Source: Zootoca vivipara (taxonomy: Eukaryota). From it: a DNA stretch of 64,000 nt. Within the stretch, counting starts at the first letter, position 1, and each line of letters opens with the position of its first letter. The translations under genes were made by a program, and so were the position numbers. Positions 57,441 to 64,000 of the stretch are shown here, in pieces. The notes under the pieces were generated by a model. That model ran no database searches. It saw only the letters and a program-made list of their open reading frames with translations, and was not told the DNA's origin. The stretch covers positions 48,856,001 to 48,920,000 of the forward strand of contig NC_083278.1 in assembly GCF_963506605.1 (NCBI RefSeq), in the 5' to 3' direction.

Positions 57441-60353
57441 TTTATTCAAACAAATATATAAGGAATGCACTGTCACAAGATGTGTTTATGGCAACAAGCT
57501 TATTTGGCTGGCCATGGTGCATTTGCATGACTTTGACCAAATTCTGCAAAGCAATTACTGGTATGTACATTATGTAGCTGATTTGTGTTTTGTCATACTA
57601 TGAAATCATTTTATACTTCCCATTTTATTTTTGTCTTTGACAAAGAGCTTTAAATGAGAGATCTGCTAGATCACCCAACAAATCCTCACCACTTGAAATT
57701 TACTTTGGCAAATGGAGAGGCCATGTACAACACTCATTGCTTTTTATGGCCCAGAACAAGCTGGATTTTTTGGAGAGGAGTAAAAGATGGACACACGAAC
57801 AGAAACAGTTTAATAAATGATTTATTTTGGTTTTGTGATTAAGTAGTTTGCATTTTCTTCCAATGAAGACAACACACATATGCAGTACAGTAATGTCTAT
57901 AACATTCCATTCTAGATGCAACATACTTGCAGGTGTTAAATTTTACGGAAAATCTGTATTAAGAGCTTGGAAGTCACAATTCACTGCCTTAAAAATCTAT
58001 TTCACAGACAGAGGTTTTTTTGTTTTTAAAAACTGCCCTATGTATATACTCCAAAAAGCAGACAGAAGCTGTGAAAATCTATTACTTTACCTAATTTGTA
58101 CGTAGTCAGGTTAATGTCACTACCGGGGGGGGGGGGGAAACTGTCACTGATCTAGCTATAGAAGGTAAGAGGGCTCACCCTCACAGTCTTAGCCAAGGTT
58201 TGGTAAGTTAGTGATAAAGCTTGGGTCTAGAAAATCAAATATGCCATTGCATGAAGATATTAGAAATATCCTAAAGACCTAGTACACATATATACCCCAA
58301 CCAAGTAGAAAATGCAGACTTCCTGAAGAGTAGCAGTGAGACCTGAATTTCCTAAAGTCATTGGAAAGGAAGAATTGCTGGCAATGGGGCAAGATTAGTG
58401 ACTAAAATTCCTCTCCCCACATTCCTTCAACAAACATGTAGCTGACAGTAATAAAATTTAAGGCACTTGAAAGATTCATAATGTTAACATCAGCACAGAA
58501 AACATGACTGCTTAGTGGTGTTTTAAACAGCACTTACTCTTGGCTCAGTAATAAAATTGGCTCAAATTTCAATTCTGGAATTGTAAGTTGCACTGTTAGT
58601 CTTGAAATCTTCTGTTACAAGTTTACCAGACATAGCCATTCAAGAGCCAGTAAGGAAGCAACACTAAATAGAAATTATTTCTAAGTCTCACCACTAAGCA
58701 TAAGCTTATTACAGCTTTAGAGTGCAAAGAGGCTTTCTTAAACTGTCACCGTTTAGAAGTGCATTTATTTATGCTTAAGCTTTAGAATATATTCAGATAT
58801 TTAATCTAAAAGAGATGGGGAATTATGTTAAACAATGGACTATATAGCTTAAGGTCATTAAATACCACCTACTACAGATGTGTTGCTTGCTAAAATTGGC
58901 TGGTCAATTTACCATTTCATACACCTGAGCTGATTGTCTTTTAGGAGTGCAGTTGCCTGAAAGTTACAGTACTGTTTGCTAAGTATTATTATGAATAAAC
59001 TTTCTATGCAACATTATTGAAGTGAATACTATTAGCTACAAGGGCTAGAGACGTTGAGCAATTAAAATGCAGTAAAATTTTGCAATAAGCCATAAACCCA
59101 GATTTGTCAGCAGCTTAAAATCAAGCAAGCAATAGAGCTAATCCAAAAGCATCACTTAAAGTTGCATTTCTAGAATTTAAACTATCCTTGCCAGATAATC
59201 TGCAAAACAAGGATTAGCAGTCTATTTTGACAATTATCAAAAACTTACATAGCTCCAAGTCCTCGGGCTGCCTACTTCCACCATGACTATCTGTGTTTTA
59301 TGAAACTAAAGAAGGAAACTGCATTGATATAAGAGCAAACATTCTCTCAAATCCATACAGAATTATGGTAGGTTTGTAATATCCACAAATTGCAATCACA
59401 AAATGTGTCTACTGAAACTACTGCTCTGAAATGTAAAGCATGTCAATAGAACTTTCCAAGGCAAGTATTTTGAAGGCTAGAGACACATGGCTTTAGGAAC
59501 AGTATATGAAGATTGCTTACACTGTTTTCTTTCCACATCTGTCTTCACAAAAACTTATATAAAGACAAGTATATATAAATAATGCCCAAGTTCATGTGTC
59601 TACTAGAATGAAATTGCTGCAAGTGGAATGACATTCACTGTACCTCAAACAAATAAAATGGCACAAACATTTCAGTTTGCAGCCTACTCATTAAGGCACT
59701 GGTCTTTCTTCCTTATGCACCAAGGAACTAGCATTCTTTGACTATCATTCTTCCTATGGCTGCTTACGCTTTCATTAGAAAACAATTATTCTTCTGACAC
59801 CAAATATAGAAAAATACGGGCTTCCTTAATCCTTAAGGAAAAAAACATAGTTCTAGAAATTTGCCCCCATCTCCTAGCAGTACACTATAAAAAGCCAGTT
59901 TTCACACACATAGTGTTTTATGCCAAGTCACCAGGAATTCACATTTTAATAATAATAATAATAATGTAGGTGGGGCACTGCATTTAAGGCTAACTTATCA
60001 ATTGCAATCATATGGTTATCTATCAAGAACACTGCTGCCAATGCATATAGTTACTATTAAAGTCTACATTTGGCATGTCAGATAAAAGAAACGGTTTCAC
60101 AGCAGCAGCCACTAAAGAAATTTCAGACAGCCAATGAGGATTCATGCACAATATTGCAAGTATTCTTGCAGAGCAAAACATGATTCATACAACCTTCTTC
60201 CAAGCATGTTGCAGAAACATTTTCTTTTTTAAAAAAAAAAGTCTTGAAGAATAAGAATATTTTGAATTGCTGTCTTCTATAAGGAATAAAGATATTTTGG
60301 TGCAGCTAACCACAAATGTTGACCTTGTTAAGTCCACTTAAAAGCAACGTATT
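57441..60353 (-). other. CD164: Probable long CD164 3'UTR with distal AATAAA at 57446-57441
   Basis: AT-rich ~2.9 kb downstream of the stop with no recognisable transposon and several minus-strand AATAAA; end point inferred. Confidence 0.5.
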
Positions 60354-61817
<1,464 letters not shown>

Positions 61818-62170
61818 CTAAAAAACAAAAGTATGAAGCAGAAAACAGAATATTTAAAAACTGAGGCTACAATCCTAACCCCATTTACATGTGAATAAGC
61901 TCCATTGAATTCAATAGCTCTTAATTCTGAGGAGATGTGGATTATGCTACAAGAGGTACTAATATTATCAATAGCCACCTCTGTTCCCAGGATACATCTG
62001 AGGCTGTGATGCAGAACAGATCATACAATTACAATTGTAAGTGGCCCCAAAAGTTGACCTTCGCCCTTCAGCTTACATCTTTCCTGTGGTGAATTCTTCT
62101 GAGATTAGGTACCCACCCATAAGTTTTTCTGCACATACCGGTACTACTGCACAATCACATGCAGGTGGAT

Positions 62171-62705
62171 TCAGGTAGGTAGCAGTGTTGGTCTGACGCA
62201 GTTGACACACACGTTTCCCCGAAAAGAAGACACAGTCTTATATTTATTTTTCCTCGAGAAGACACACTATGGCTTATTTTCAGGGGATGTCTTATTTTTA
62301 TTACGCGTCCAGCCTCGCCTCTTCCTTGGCGCCCTCCAGAACTGCGCCTATCACTATGTCTTATTTTGGGGGTATGGCTTATATTGCGCAAATGCTTAGA
62401 AACCCTGCCTCGGCTTATTTTATGGGCATGTCTTATTTTTGGGAAAACAGGGTGTATATAATTGTCCAGTAGCACCTTAGAGACCAGCTAAGTTTGTTCT
62501 TGGTATAAGCTTTGATGTGCATGCACACTTCTTCAGATACACTGAAACAGAAGTCACCAGACCCTCCCACTATATATAAGGGTCTAGGTACTTCTGTTTC
62601 AGTGTATCTGAAGAAGTGTGCATGCACACGAAAGCTTATACCAAGAACAAACTTAGTTGGTCTCTAAGGTGCTATCGGACAATTTTTTTAAAAAAATTAA
62701 TATAT
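62171..62705. mobile_element. Penelope-like inverted pLTR pair, interrupted by a Tc2-like MITE (~62208-62452)
   Basis: Inverted arms ~62462-62682; 12-bp TSD ATGCAGGTGGAT (62159 / 62706); same family as the copies at 20104, 27968, 28591 and 52934. Confidence 0.8.
62604..62641 (+). ncRNA. Minimal type I hammerhead ribozyme motif in Penelope-like pLTR
   Basis: GTAT-CTGAAGA-A-GTGTGCATGCACAC-GAAA-GCTT-ATAC: stem I GTAT/ATAC, palindromic stem II, palindromic AGCT stem III. Confidence 0.7.
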
Positions 62706-63314
62706 ATGCAGGTGGATGCTAAACAATTCCCTTTCCATGTGACAAATGCAAAATGTGAAAAAACTGCAAAGGGGCTTTAAGTTGTATCTTCTGATAGCCA
62801 GGCACTCATTAAGAATTCACACTAACAGTACAATAATATACATGTCTACTTCACAATTAAAGTCTCTTTGTGTATAATAGGCCTTACTACAATCTAGGCT
62901 TTGGTTTATGAATGTCATTGAGGGGGGGAAGGGTTTTGTGTCTTTAACTGCTGTATCTCCATGATCAGGACCAGCAGAACATCACTGACTTCCCCTGGTA
63001 AACATGAAGCGGGAGGCAGGGGAGAAACAATGACGGTGCCATGTCAACCTTTGCATTCTCTCAATATTTAAAGTGTGCCCACTGGTCTTAAAAACGGCTA
63101 CTCTACCTACACCTAGCATCCTGCTATGGTGGGGCAAATATTAAAAAACAGATGTTTCACTAGCAAATTAACATCCCTCAGATACAGCCCACCCTAAAAA
63201 ACAAAGCAGAGGTCTTCAAGCATCAAGCCTGTACCTAAAGTGATGCAATTATTCATTTTCCTCTTATTATTTCAATAAGCATTTTCATTGTGGCTCAGTT
63301 GAAAGGTACCCCAA

Positions 63315-63492
63315 CTGTGGTACAGTAAGAGCACATGCTTTGCATGCAAAAGGTCCCTTTTCTATCCCTGGCACCTTCAGATAAAGCTGGAAAAGAATCC
63401 TGTCTGAAACCCTAAGAGTCACAGCCAGTCAGTGAACAATCCTGAGCTAGATAGATCAACGGTATGACTCAATAAAAGGCAGGATCCTATGT
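63315..63492 (+). mobile_element. Squam3-like SINE
   Basis: GAGCACATGCTTTGCATGCAAAAGGTCCC head and body matching the 10640 copy. Confidence 0.7.
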
Positions 63493-64000
63493 TTTCAAAC
63501 TCCTCCTATTTGGATAGGCACATGACATCAATTCACTATTGCACCCTCACCACTACCTGAAGCAGTGGATAGCTATGCTATCCATGAGAATCTACTTTCT
63601 AGTGGAATGAAGGAGAAAGGGTGAACTACTACAGCACTCATTGTTTGACAGCTGTCCAGTTCTTGCAATAGACAAAAGCTGCTCAATATTGTTGTAAGGA
63701 CATTTTGGTGACATGCAATAGTTACTCCTGTCTGAAGATATTCCCATACAATCTAACTGAAGTTACACTTCCCCAACTGTTTTACAGTAGGGACAGAAAA
63801 TAGCTTCTGTTATCTGTTCAAGTGCTAATTATTCAATACTGGTGGGGGAATAATTAAATAAAAGGTAATATTGCCAGATTACATCCAAGAAACCCATGTT
63901 TTAAAACCTCTACACCTCCTACCCTGCTCTTCCACTGGGCCTTTTACCTAACTTCCATTTTCCCAGGTGTGGCAGATCTGTGCAGCAGCAATAATAACCT

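Noticed and set aside
62700-64000. Upstream Cys-rich CD164 exon
   Set aside because: No minus-strand segment with convincing splice sites and Cys pattern was found; it probably lies beyond the window.

Overview
Vertebrate genomic DNA. The repeat content (Squam3/Sauria-type SINEs, CR1, L2, RTE, hAT and Tc1/pogo MITEs, Penelope-type ends) points to a squamate, probably a lacertid lizard (inference). Most of the window (149-56957, +) is one large gene that I traced by hand through 45 GT-AG exons with fully consistent phases. It gives an uninterrupted ORF of about 2130 codons; the 5' exons lie upstream of the window. I identify it as CCDC162, which is annotated as a pseudogene in human. It lies tail-to-tail with the last three coding exons and long 3'UTR of CD164 (-). 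The introns hold many mobile elements: (1) a 3.7-kb Sola2-like DDD transposon with a nearly intact ~735-aa transposase and six same-orientation 16-bp subterminal boxes; (2) a 1.5-kb non-autonomous Helitron built almost entirely from a 152-bp double-palindrome minisatellite; (3) a TA-flanked MITE expanded by a 41-bp CpG-rich minisatellite; (4) two sense-oriented solo LTRs; (5) several Penelope-like insertions with minimal hammerhead-ribozyme cores, integrated as fold-back palindromes with 12-13 bp TSDs, one lying next to a palindrome copied from nearby intron sequence. All calls come from reading the sequence; no database search was run.
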